This document shows, one piece after another, positions 1-12,499 of a stretch of 64,000 nucleotides of DNA. The first letter of the stretch is position 1. Each line of letters opens with the position of its first letter. A program made the translations under genes and the position numbers. The DNA is from Selaginella moellendorffii (Eukaryota; Plantae; Lycopodiophyta), in contig NW_003314273.1 of assembly GCF_000143415.4 (NCBI RefSeq), forward strand, positions 2,418,719 to 2,482,718, read 5' to 3'. The notes under the pieces are model-generated. The model saw only the letters and a list, made by a program, of their open reading frames with translations. It had not been told where the DNA came from and searched no databases.

Positions 1-97
1 GGTATATGAAAGAGCAGATGATTAACAGTTTGGTTCAAGAACTCGGAGTAGTCAACAAACATAACTTTTATAAACTTTTAATTGCCACGAACATGCA

Positions 98-1860
98 TCA
101 CATTTTACTGAGTACAAGCGGCACTCCATGGGTAGGCTTCAAGCCATGCTTCATCGCAGGATTATGGCGGTAGTTCGGTGAAAGCCGGAATGAGAATCGC
201 TGTAGTATCATAGCCAGAATGACTTTGGCTTCGATCATCGCAAACGACTGGCCCACGCACACCCGCGGCCCAAACGAAAACGGCATGAAAGCATTGGGAT
301 GCTTGCACGCGCTTGAGATCCCATCTTTGAAGCGATCCGGATTGAATTGGCCTGCATCTTCTCCCCAGAGCTCCTTATCCTGATGCAATCCAGCGATTGG
401 AAACGACACAGATACTCCTCTTGGAACGTGTAAATCTTGCAGCCAAGACTCCTCCACACACTCCCTGGTCATCTCGACTACTGGTGGATACAGCCGCAGA
501 GTTTCGTAAAGGATCATTCCCACCTGTTCAAGAATCAAGATATTAAGTTTTGGAATTAGGAGATATTGATCGACTTACGAGCTTGAGCCTGCTGACACTC
601 TCGCCATCAGGAATCTCATTGCCACATACTTCGTGTACCTCAGCACGGGCGCGTTCTTGCCATTCAGGATAGCCTCCCAGTAGCATCAAAGTCCAGGTTA
701 GTAAGGTGGCTGTGGTCGCATGCCCCGCAATGTAGAATGTCTTGCATTCCTCTATCAGATCCCTGCTTGTGAAATTAGTGCTGCTGTCACACTCCTTTAG
801 CATCAATCCGAGTAAGTCATTCCCGTATGTATTGCTCCCCCCTGACTTCACTGAGTTCCGACGCTCGTCTATGATCCCAGTGATCAGAGAATCCAACTTC
901 TGATGAAGCTTCCACAGTCGGAGGTTGATTGGAAGTGGGAGAAACCTGTAAGCAAGTGATTATGATTCAGTTCAATAGATGATCCAGCCTACCTGAAGCC
1001 TGGAATCCAGGAAAAGCTGACGAGTTTGGGCATTAGCTCTGGGAATTTCTTAGATAATATCTCGAAAACTCTCTGCCCTTCGAGATAGCTAGTTCCAAAT
1101 GCTGTATGGGAGATAACGTCTCCTGTGAGCTTACGCACCTCTCCAGAGATTTCAATCTCAGGATTCTGCTGCCTCGTAGCTTCCCATTGATCAAGCATGC
1201 GAGATGCGCACCCTGTGATTGTACCGGTCATTTGCTGTGTACAGGAGAATCAGAAACACTTATCAGCCAGATTTCATGAGAAGATAATAGTATGAGTACC
1301 CACTTTAATACGTTCATGAAAAAATGCCGGTGCTACGAGTCGCCTGTGATGACTCCATTCCTCTCCAGTAACAGAAACTAATCCACGACCAAGGAACAAG
1401 TTTGCCAACCGTAGCCCAGCCTCTGATTTATCAAACTGAGAAAACTTCTTAGACAAAACCTCCCGTACGATCTCAGGCTCGGAGACCGATATCCTTGGCT
1501 CAGTTCCCCACCAGAACACAAATCTCTTCCCTGGACCATGATCATCAGAAACGAAGCTTTGAGATTCATCAGGGATGACAAGAACATACCATATTGCTTC
1601 CGCCATTTGAGCAATGAAGGATGTACCCGATGGAAAATGTCGTGGCTGAAACTTCCCATGTCATGATCCTTAATGGCGCTCCTCATGTTCTGAATTTCAG
1701 CTATTTGGCCTACCATGAATCGGGGTGGAGGCCCCTGAATGCCCTCCTTCTTCAGCTGCGCCGCGATCACCCTGGGGCGCCACCAGTAGACCGTCACGAA
1801 TCGCCATAGCGCTGCAGTGAAGAGGACGATGCAAGTGCTCAAGATCCAACTCCCTTCCAT
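98..1860 (-). CDS. Cytochrome P450, CYP72 clan, 5 exons (1860-1590, 1530-1304, 1234-993, 945-579, 523-98)
   Basis: N-terminal TM anchor and GIQGPPPR proline hinge; I-helix TFYIAGHATT; K-helix ETLRLYPP; PERF-type FNPDRF; heme motif FSFGPRVCVG. Four GT-AG introns keep the reading frame. The 5-exon layout is typical of the CYP72 clan. Confidence 0.93.
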
Positions 1861-2360
1861 TTGCTGGACTTAGCACTAAAGAAAAACTCGTAGAATACTT
1901 CCATCTATCTGGTGAAGGGTGTGAACACGTGTGAGATCTCTCACAGCTTAGCTCATTTCTCAACTGTTGCTCTAATGTTTCATCACTTGGTCATCAATGA
2001 ATAGATGACCAAGTGGGAGATGTGCCAGGTGGGCCAGTGCATTTAAGCCAAGCAGATGGAGTGTTATAGAAGTAAGGACCTATCCCTAGGAAACTGCTTG
2101 GAACTTGGAGTGTTACACTGTTACTCATTGGTTGGTGGTGGTTAGTGTGTGGTTACTCACTTGTCAATGATATTGGATGACATAGCAAGTATATCAAATT
2201 CAAACTAGAGTTTTAAATTATTTATAATACTGTTTTGATATGGATACTCTCAGTATACATATATTTTTCTAGCTATTGGATTAAAACAACATAGTTTAGA
2301 GTATAGCCATCAATCAGCATTGTGGAGTAGATAGGATCAATTTTTAGTTTGGGCTTGCAT

Positions 2361-3669
2361 TGCTTCACCAACTTTATCTCTCTTCCCTTAACTCAATTGA
2401 AAAAGAGGCTTTAGTGGCTATTTTATCCCTATTTATCTTCCTAAGTTTTAAGGATTCATGATGATAATATATTCAAATCTCATTTTATGATCACATACAC
2501 TACACTCACCCCTCCTTTAGAGATGTCAATGTCCTTATTGACTATTGACTAACAACCCTTACTTTCTATGATCACATACGCTACACTCACCCTTCCTTTA
2601 GAGATGTTAATGTCTTCATTGAGTATTGATTAACAACCCTTACTGAGCCAAGGGGAACCAACACCTCTATTTTCACACTGAATCTACTAATCCTTCCATT
2701 GTATAGACCAGCTATTCCATATGAGACAACTAGTCATCCACCATTTCAAAGGTGTCAATATCAATGAACTTCCATTTTCGCACTGAATCTACCAATCCTT
2801 CCATTGTGTAGACCAACTATTCCATGTGAGGCAATTAGTCATCCACCTTTTCAGAGATATCAATGTCCTTATTGACTATTGAAAAACTACCCTTACTGAG
2901 ACAAGGGGAACCAACACCTCTATTTTCGCATTGAATCTACTAATCTTTCCATTATATAGACTAGCTATTCCATATGAGACAACTAGTTATCCACCCTTTC
3001 AAAGGTGTCAATGTCAATGAATCTTCATTTTCGCACTGAATCTACCAATCCTTCCATTGTGTAAACCAATTATTCCATATGAAACAATTAGTCATCCACC
3101 TTTTCAGAGATGTCAATGTCCTCATTGATTATTGACTAACAACCCCTATTGAGCTAAAGGGAATCAGCATCTCCATTTTCACATTGAATTTACCAATCTT
3201 TCCATTGTGTAGATTAGTTAGTCATCCATCCAAGGGGAACTAGCACCTCCATTTTTGCATTGAATTGTGTAGACTAGCTAGTTATCCACCCAAGGGGAAT
3301 TAACACCTCCATTTTCACACTGAATCTACCTCCATTTTTGCACTAAACCTACCAATTTTTTCATTGTGTAGATCAACTAATCATCCACTCAATATGTATG
3401 ATTTCAAATTTAGGGGTAGGAATATACCTTGTTTAAGGGTATATTATATTTTTAAGTAGCCACTAATCAATGGGAATCGAACTTGTGCCATTTGCTTCGA
3501 TACCATATGTAGCACATTTTATCTTTCTCTCTTTAAACCAATTAAAAAAGGGGCAATTACTTGATGAGAAAGCTTTTAGTGGCTATTTTATCCCCATTTA
3601 ACCCCCAAGGTTCTAAGGATTCACAATGACAATATATCCAAATTTCGTTCCATGATCATATATGTTACA
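2361..3669 (-). mobile_element. TRIM (terminal-repeat retrotransposon in miniature), LTR family B
   Basis: On the - strand: 162-bp LTR TGTAACA...GCTACA (3669-3508), iMet-like PBS TGGTATCGAAGC (3505-3494), non-coding internal region, PPT AAAGGAGGGGTGAG (about 2518-2505), degenerate 3' LTR (2504 to about 2361). Homologous to 18840-19339 on the + strand. Confidence 0.8.
2510..3392. repeat. Complex tandem repeats expanding the TRIM internal region
   Basis: Repeated blocks such as TTTTCGCACTGAATCTACCAATCCTTCCATTGTGTAGAC and TCAATGTCCTTATTGACTATTGA, occurring about 6-7 times. The PPT-LTR start is also duplicated at about 2570-2600. Confidence 0.8.
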
Positions 3670-5244
3670 CCACTACAAAATAGAAACTATTTCTGCAAAA
3701 TTAGTGATCCACTCTAAATTGAGAAAAGATGGAAAAGATATATCTCAAATGTACCACCACCACTAACACTACATTTACCAACAGGAATCCAAGTCCATCA
3801 ATGGCTTCTCTCACCTAGGGTGACATTCAGATGGTAGGGATCTTTGGGGTGGAGTTACACACTGGGCCTCAACAACATGGTGGAGCATTGTAATAGGGTT
3901 GAAAGTGTGATGAGATCACCAAGAAGAGACGATCATCCTCCTGGACAGCGATGATGATCACCACCACCCACAACAGTGCAATGTCTTCAATGGTGAGTGG
4001 CAGACATAGTGGCAGCCATAGGGAAAGAATGCCTTCAATACGCTCTAGAATGATATAAATTTGTTTAAACATTAACTCACTATGTACTTGTTTTAGACAA
4101 AGAATCCTCATTATGAGAGAATCACTAGAAAGATGAAAGTGAGCTATTGAAAAATATAGTTTTTCATGTAAATTGCGAGATGTCCACAACACAGGTTGAG
4201 CTTGGTGTTATACTCTCCAGACAGGTTCTTAGAAAACTAGAACCATCCAATCTGGTCCAGTCTCATTGCATATAGTCAATGAGTGTTTTTTAATGCACCA
4301 CCTAAGTGCCATCGTTCTTGAGGAATGAAACTTCATGCCAAGCTGTAGATGTGCAGGCCTTGAGCAATCTAGTAGATTTTACAAGCTCAACAATTCAGTT
4401 TCCAGCACAATGCAATTCAAAACCCTTAGTGTCAAAAAATACAGCACAATTGCAATATTGCATCAAGTGAGTTTTCACAATGATTTTAAGAAGACAAAAC
4501 AACACAATAGTGTGAAGATTTGTTTTTGTATTTTTAATAAATTGTTCCATTTTCACAAAATAATCAAACTTTATTGATAATACCAAGTTGTCATTCGAAC
4601 TTTAGTAAACTGTTAACCTATTGTGATAAGTGCACTTTAAAATGTAAAAGATAGAAACAATGATAAATTTCAAATTCATTAGCACTGATGCTAAACCCAA
4701 TTTGGCATTGAAATATATAAATTTTCATATTATCAAGAAAATTCAATGTAATTTCTTCATCAAAACTCAAAAAACCCCAAACGTTTTTTTCCATAATTTG
4801 AATAAATGCAGAATATTTGTTGTTGTTTTGGAAGTCGTGATATACATTACATATTTGCTCTAATACATCAAATATAACATTTTGTACTTAGTGAAAGATA
4901 TTAGCATTAGCCACAACCATACCATTAACATCCACTATAATATATATCTTTTTTATTGAGTTTGATAAAACACAAATAATTTAATATTAAATAAATTACC
5001 ATACACAAGGAGTTATTTCTTTTCTAAATTTTTAATTATTATTTTACATATAAAGGTTAAATATAATATTGCAATTTTGCGCTTAATATAAAAGATAAAT
5101 AATGTTAAATATAATCAGATAATTTATCTGTAGATCACTTTGTACAGATAGAGTAATTAGTAAAAAATAATCACTTTAACATTTTGGATAAGTTCATTTT
5201 AAATTTTTGGTTTGCTTAAGCAAACCTGTAAAAGGACTAGGATA

Positions 5245-6112
5245 GTAGTGGATATACCTAAAATATGCATGGATATTCTAGGACATTTAACTATCTAGTG
5301 GTTGTTATTCATTTAGATTAATCTTGTATTTATAATTTATAAACATGTTTATAAATTATAAACTGTCTTAACCCTTTCTAGTATATTCTTTTTTAATGGT
5401 TGTATTTATAAATTACAAACATGCTTATAATTATAAACCTTATTTGATCAATTGGATTAATAAGTAAAATAACACTCTATTAAGCAAACCAAGTGTTGCT
5501 ACATACAACACGTAACAATTTAATCAATATTGTAAATGTAGCTATATAACATACAAAATTAATAATGTAAAAGTAAAGATATTTATAGTATTACAACCTA
5601 AAAGTGTAAATTTTGACCTTTTTCTGTGTAGAGAAGTTTTTGCAACCATATCCACCATAGTACTAGAATATTTACATTCTTCATAAGTTGTGAATTTTTT
5701 TTTTCTCAAAATCAATCAAGCTACCTTTCATGTGTGGAAGAAGCTCATACAAACCAAGTATAACATCATTGCTATCTTTGCACTGACGTATTGGGCCAAA
5801 AGTTTAAATATAAGTTTAATAAAAGTTCAAGAATCAAGCATTATATCTTTTTGTTGCATTAGTATGTAATCTATGAGGTTATGGGCAAGTCCAAGATCCA
5901 GGAACTCACTCTAGAAATATCTACTTGTCTTTTTAATATAATCTTTTGGATTATAGCCTAATCTAAGTACATTCCAACCGTTAGATCATAAAATATGCTA
6001 GAATATACCTGAAGTGTTTTAAAAGATTTATAAATTATAAACATAAGATTAATCTAAATGTATATCAACTGTAATATGTTAAAATATTCAAGCATATTCT
6101 AAATGTATTGGA
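5245..6112. mobile_element. AT-rich foldback/MITE-like element
   Basis: About 5250-5390 and 5995-6110 are imperfect inverted repeats (ATTTAGATTAATCTTGTATTTATAATTTATAAA vs TTTATAAATTATAAACATAAGATTAATCTAAAT). The left part recurs at about 40005-40195. Confidence 0.45.
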
Positions 6113-6589
6113 AATTTTTGTAAAACCCAAAGGTTGATGCCACTCTCATTGATCCTGTCCAGAATGCATCTTCTAAGGTTTCTTCTTAGCTCTTCTGCAC
6201 TCCTGATTTGTGAGCTTGGATCCTCCCTCCTTCACAGTTTAAAAAACTCATGGAAAGGTTTTTTCCTTTGTTTTCTCTTTCCTCAGTGCTGATCAGGGTA
6301 GTCTCCTTAGTGAGTGAGAGAGCTAGACAGGATCCAATCTTTCTTAGTAGCATCACATCAAGAAGAAAGGGCTTCTCCAAGGCGATGCTCCATCCTCCTT
6401 TAAATGAAGGCGTTTGCTGCCAGGGATCGATCTACTCGCTCACACTGGAGGAGCTCCAGAATTCAACGCAGGATGTGTTCATGAAGAACATCTGGACTCA
6501 CTCCTTATGATTACCTTTTAAGAATTACCCATCGCAGTCACTCTCACAGCATTCCAGCAGGAGCAAAGGGCCAAATTCGTCGGTGCGGT

Positions 6590-7605
6590 GAATCAAGTGA
6601 TTGAGGAGGAGGTGTTGCAGCAGCTGCAGCTGCGGGATGTCTGGCGGATGAGAGCAGTGTGCAAACGGTGACTCCCCAGGCTTTCGCGTGCGGCATGCAC
6701 AGGCAAGCATTCCAGCAGCTGTTCCTTATGTTCTTGCAGGCACGTTATGCGAAAGCAGGGGCTGCCCATTTAACAACAGCAACGCCTTCAACTGGATAGA
6801 GAAGTGTGCCCAGAGGGTGGGTTTCTTGTAGGGAGTGCTGGTGGATTGCTCTGCTTTGTGAAAGGGAACCAGGTCCTAGTAGGCAATCCAGTCACTGGAT
6901 GCTTTAGAGCGTTGCCAGATCTCAGGGCTAAAGAGGTGATTTCATCCTCTTACATGGGCATCAGTCAAGACTTCAAGGAATACACAGTCTGCTTTGTAAA
7001 AAGTCGTTCTTGTGAAGAAAAAAAAGTTGAGATCAGAGGTAAGGTGAGAAGTGTCTACACAATGTTCACAACAGTTCATGTATACAACTTGAGACTGGGA
7101 TGCTGGAGGGCTGCTAGCACACCATTGGGATGGTGTCAGTTGGAGAATATGGGGGAAATGGTGGGCAATGCTACTTTGTATTTGCTTTGTGGTCACTACA
7201 AGAATTTGAATGATCCAGAGTATGTCGGTCTGTTCACTTTGGATTTGGAAGGGTTGAGGTTTGAATTAAAGCAGACTTGGCCATGGGATCAGCGGCTACA
7301 CAGGAATCATGGTTTATTTGTTTCCTGCCATGGTCGTAAAGGTGTGTTGTGCTGCACTCAATTCAAAAACAGCATGCAGCTATGGTATATGCAAGGGTGA
7401 TGTTGAAGGTGGAAATCTGGCTAAAGGTGTTGGTAAAGAATGCAATGCTATATGTTTGAATGGATCTGTTTTATTTGTGGAGGAGAAGTCTTTATCTACA
7501 ACCATTTTGAATTTATCTACTACAGATGCAGTTGCTTTCCCATTTCAGATAAATTCCGATCTAGCAAATTTCGTAAAATTTACACCTTCGCTTTTATTAC
7601 CATAA
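6590..7605 (+). pseudogene. F-box protein pseudogene (F-box plus beta-propeller-type C-terminus)
   Basis: F-box motif VIEEEVLQQLQLRDVWRMRAVCKR* with TGA at the conserved Trp. Downstream GSAGGLLCF...VLVGNPVTG is typical of plant F-box/FBA/kelch proteins. The reading frame is broken (ORFs 6804-7400 and 7309-7605). Confidence 0.75.
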
Positions 7606-9659
7606 CTTGTGTTGTGTTTCTTTTTATAATATGAATTACTTAGTCTCGTCTATTACTTTTATTTTCCTCCTTGGGGTGCTGGGCCAAGCGCCCGATACAA
7701 ATGCGTGAGGTATGCGCACCTCTTTCTTTCTTTCTCTCACTCCTTCTAGGGTTTCCTCCCTAGTGCTCCTGATGCATGCTCTGGAGCTCCGTGCTGCTTG
7801 TGATCAATAGCTCATCTTGTGTGATCTGTTTATCCCCTCCTTTCTTCTCTTTCTCCCCCTTTTTTTCTGCAAAAGTTGGAGACTTGATCAAGAGAGAAGC
7901 ATGCACCTGCAAATGGCTATATCGGTATACAAAATAATAAAAAATGAAGGAATATAATCATGTCAATAATATAGAATACTTACAGTTTAGAAAATGTTGT
8001 TTCTTTTAATTGCGCTATTGTTTTTTCTTCCAAATATATGTATTATTTCACTTTTAAAGGAAATAAAATATAACTCTTAGTCAACCTTTTTAGTTTTAAA
8101 AGAAATGTCTTAAAGTTTCACAACAAATCAATATTATAAATACAATCATGGTAGAAATACATTGTTTATTTTGATTAGGTTGGAAAGTGCATGATTATAT
8201 TTTAGAGTTTGTGTTTGCTAATGATAATTACTTGCTTAAGAATGTTTGAATGCTTTATTCTGAAGAGAAAATTGGGAATGTTAAGTATTTCAAGAGCAAA
8301 GAGTCAATAAAAATGATGCAATCGAAGAGAATTAACCATAGAAGGCAACTATATTACTGAAGAATTTGTTATGCCAAACAGCAACATGGTTTCCTTTATG
8401 TTTTATAGTTTTATGCAATTTCTTTTTTATGACTGGTTTATCTTTAATCCTATGAATGCTAAGTGTAGCACCTAATAAGGCTAAGTGCTTGTTTAGATTG
8501 CATAGCATTGAATATTAATGTTAATATCTTAGCCATTGCACATCATGATAAATGGTGAATAATGATGTTGCCACTATGGCCTTTTACCCTATACTCTTTA
8601 TTCCATTGAGATTGTTCTAATGAAATTCCTATGAAGTCTCCAGTTTTTAAATAGCTAGAACAATTTTTATGCCTTTGAGTATTTTCAGAAGTTTAATGAC
8701 TTAGCTTTTAGGTTTACATAGCTATGTTTGGCATGCTGTTACAGACATAGAGGATATATGTAGTTTTATATATAGAAACTGAGAGTTGTAATTCTTCCTA
8801 GTGAGATCTAAAAGATGGCAAAATATCATCAACTTGTCATCTTGGGTGACTACTAGCTTTTCAGCTTCCAAAACTCAACAACTACTAGTGGCTGAGCTAG
8901 AGTTACAATTTTTAGTAAACAGCATTCTTCATTGAGACTGATTGACAAGCATTATCCTAAAAGTGGCAGCAATGGATAGTGTGCATCCTACTTTTTCATG
9001 GTGATAGCAAATGTTTCCAAGTTGTAGGGGGAATCTGGTGTGTCTGGAGACTCTGTTTACATTTCAACATACTGCACCTATGAGTTGAGGACACCTAAGA
9101 CAATCTCTGTTCCCACACCCTATCTATTCACTATGATGACTGGCTCAATCTGATACAAGCATCCCTATCTAGAAGATCCAAGGCCTGTGCCTCCCTGCCA
9201 ACCATGTTGTTGCAAGAGCTGATAACCAATATTATCACTCTTGAACTGCCCTATCATGGATGTGAGCCAGCAATCCACTCCTCATTCTCATTGACACCCA
9301 TGAAGTCTTGTGGTCTTGAGAAGTGAATGAGATTCACTAAATCTGCCAAAGCTTTTCCTTTCTGATCTGGCTTGTTTTTGGACCAACTGTACCTTCTCCT
9401 GTAGAGGCTTGTGTTGAAAAACTTGCTACAGTGGAGGCCAAGGAGTAGGTGTGGAAATAAGCATGGTTTCCCTATGCCATATATTCTTGCTTTCATTCCT
9501 TATCATGACCATAAAGCTGACAAAACTCATATTCGGGTGGATATTAGGTGTTGGCATTTGCATTGTCTAAGTAATCTCATGGTGGACTCCTAAGCAGCAT
9601 CAACTAGTCCTTGCCCCCAACTAGAGTATCTTTGGCCTTGGCCATGGTCAATCTATTTT

Positions 9660-10725
9660 TGCATAACTGTGGGTATCAAAAGTTATTTGTTAGCTAATCT
9701 TTTCGGATATTCTTTCCTTACTGCCACAATGGTAGGAAGTTAATATTGTTGGTCCTTTTTTCAATCTTTGCCTAAGTTAGTTGAGAAATTGGCCTTCGTG
9801 TGTGTAGTTAACAAATGAGAATAATGGTGGAATTCCTACATGCTAGTAGTCAAACATATTTGATCTGGTTAGAGAGACTCATTTGTTGATTTGCATTTGC
9901 TAGTTTTAGGAACCCTTTGAGTATTGACCTTGGTCCCTTAATATTCGCTAAATGATAACTTACCATATCTGCTAAACATTCTTGCTATCATGCACCTTGT
10001 GTTAGTTTTGTTCAGTTTTAATTGCTATTTATGGAAAGTGTCTAGATTTGCTAATTTGGCATATCTACGGAATGTAGAGATTATTCTAAACACAATGGTG
10101 TTTGTCTTGTGTATAAATTCGCAATCTAGCACCATTCCATATTTAGTAAGTTTTGAGTTAATCCTAGAGACTAACTCCTAGTATTAAGGGTGACTAAGGG
10201 TGAAAGACATTCCTCAAGGGGGGGTGAGGGGGCTGTGGGGGGTTCCAAATGTATAGTAAGGATAGTGGGTAGGTTGGGCATGACTAACCAACCTGAGGTA
10301 TAGTTTAGCTCTTGTTTAGATGCTTATCTCTGTTCTGCATCTGGCCTTGGCCTAAGCCCAAATCCTACACCATGTTAGCTAGTGCAGTACTTATATCCTC
10401 ACATTAGGCTACTGGTATGCTGAAATAGTGCCAGACTCTATTTAACTCCATTTTGCATGAGTCTTGGCATTGAAATGCTGGGACTATTTCAAACTTCTTG
10501 AGCTGTACACTCAAGAGTTACTTTGTGTTTTAGTTCCTTCACTCCTTAGCTCCATGCTTAGGAGTTTGGCACCATTTCTTCATTCAGTGGCTGAAGGCCC
10601 TAAAACTCAAGTTTTACTTTGTTGTTCTTGGACATGGGGTATATGACATGTGGTATATAGAGGGTTTAAGTTCTAATTTGTGGTTATTCTATGGTAAATC
10701 ACTAGAGAAAACCACATACACTACA
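9660..10725 (+). mobile_element. Solo LTR, family A (degenerate)
   Basis: Colinear similarity to 17675-18821 from start to end; ends ...CACTACA. Confidence 0.75.
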
Positions 10726-10744
10726 TTCTTTATGTCTATTAGAT

Positions 10745-11270
10745 TGTAGCACATGTGATTTTCACTCTTGACCCTATGGTGGTTTACTATAAGATAACTA
10801 TAGAATTGAACCTTAACCCTCCACACACATGCCATGTATCTATGAGGGAACTTGAGTTTTAGGGCTTGGGCCACTGAATGAAGAGACGGAGCCAAATTCC
10901 CAAGTATAGAGCCAAGGAGCAAAGGAAGCAAAGCACAAAATGACTCCTAAGCATACAACCCAAGGAGGGAAGAGACAGGAATATGGAGTGACTTGGAACA
11001 ATTTTAGAGTATCTAGCATCCCAATGCTAAGACCAGTATGCAAAACAAAGATAAATAGAATTTATTGCTATTTCAGCATATTGGTAGTTTAATGCAAAGA
11101 TATGGGTACTTCATCAGCTAGCATGATATAAAGTTTGGGCCCAAACCCAAGCTAGACACAAAATAAGAGCAAGTATGAAAGTAAGAGTTAAATTATGCTT
11201 TAGATTGGTTGGCCATACCTAACCTAACCACTATCCTTACTATACATTTAAAACCCCCACAACCCCCAAT
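10745..11270 (-). mobile_element. Partial LTR family A, inverted
   Basis: Begins TGTAGCACATGTG, the reverse complement of the LTR A 3' end; matches the reverse complement of about 10200-10725. Confidence 0.75.
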
Positions 11271-11369
11271 AGCATAAACTAGTCCTTGTCCTCAGCCAAA
11301 ATATCCTTGGTCTTAGCCATGGCTAGCCTATTATTGCCTCAATGAAGTTGTTTCTATGTTTATTTGATT

Positions 11370-11647
11370 ATAGTGCATGTGGTTTTCACCTTTCCCTTAT
11401 AGTGGTTTATCATAGGATAACCATGAAGTGGAACCTTAACCCTCAACATGCCATATGCCATATGTCCATGGGCAGCAAAGTTAAACCTAAGTTTCAAGGC
11501 TTTGGCCATTAAATGAAGGGATAGAGCCAAACTCCCAAGCATAAAGCCAAGGAGCGAAGGAAGTGAAGCACGGAATGACTCATAAGCATATAGCCCAAGG
11601 AGCAAAGGGACAAAGATATGAAACAACTTAAAACAATTCTAGAGTAC
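11370..11647 (-). mobile_element. Partial LTR family A, truncated at the Gypsy element
   Basis: Similar to 10745-11010; ends abruptly at TGTAAGG (11648). Confidence 0.65.
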
Positions 11648-11744
11648 TGTAAGGAACCAACTCGTCGAGGTGTCGTAAGCTAAAAGAGCCCTGAAAGCAT
11701 GACCAAAATGATAAAGAGTTCATCGGATGGGACCAAGTCTAAGA

Positions 11745-11995
11745 TCGAGTCTAAGACCGACTCTAAGACCGAGTTTGAGATAGAGTCTGGAATCGAGTCC
11801 GATACCGATTCGGAGACCGAGTTCGAGACGGAGTCCGAGATCCGAAATCGGGTTCGAGACCGAGTCTGAGGTCGAGTCCGAGGTCGGGTCCGAGATCGGG
11901 TCCGAGATCGAATCCGAGACCGAATCCGAGATCGAGTCCGAGATCGAGCTAGAGACTAAGTCCGAGATCGAGCTAGAGACTAAGTCCGAGTACTA
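11745..11995. repeat. Hexamer-based minisatellite (GAGTCC/GAGACC/GAGATC) in LTR C; second copy at 17470-17650
   Basis: Direct reading of the sequence. Confidence 0.9.
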
Positions 11996-12499
11996 ATACG
12001 GGTCAAGGGGTGAAAGCCCAAAGCATGCGTCTCCCGGGGGGGGGGGGGGGGGGGGGATAGTGAGGTTCAAGAACCAATTTTGAAGGAACTCTCTAGTGGG
12101 GCTTCCAAACTGACTTGAGGTTGGGACTGGGACCGAGGGGCCTTGGGTGGGAGTGAGCATGAACTTGGTTGGTGTTGGAGGGGCCATCCAAGGAAGTGCT
12201 CAAGAGCAGCTCCCACTCCCGAAAGGGAAACCGACTACGGTGCTCCCGGCTCATGTGGAGTGGTGCCCCACTTGAGTACCATGCGGCTCATTGGTCCTCA
12301 CCCTTCTTAAGGGCTTGGACCTTCCCTTTGGGATGAAAGTGGGGGGTAGAGGTACCTATACCGGGCCGTTAGGCCATGGTGTTTCGCCCTGGCGTCCCGA
12401 AGCAAGTGTTGCACCAAAGACTTGGGATTTAGAGGGTCCTATGATCAAGTCTTGTGGTACCAAGGGATGTTAGGAACTTGGAAGCTTGGTGTGCTTGGC

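Noticed and set aside
2510-3392. Repeat array superficially like a CRISPR array
   Set aside because: Eukaryotic context, no unique spacers and no cas genes; it is the TRIM internal tandem repeat.
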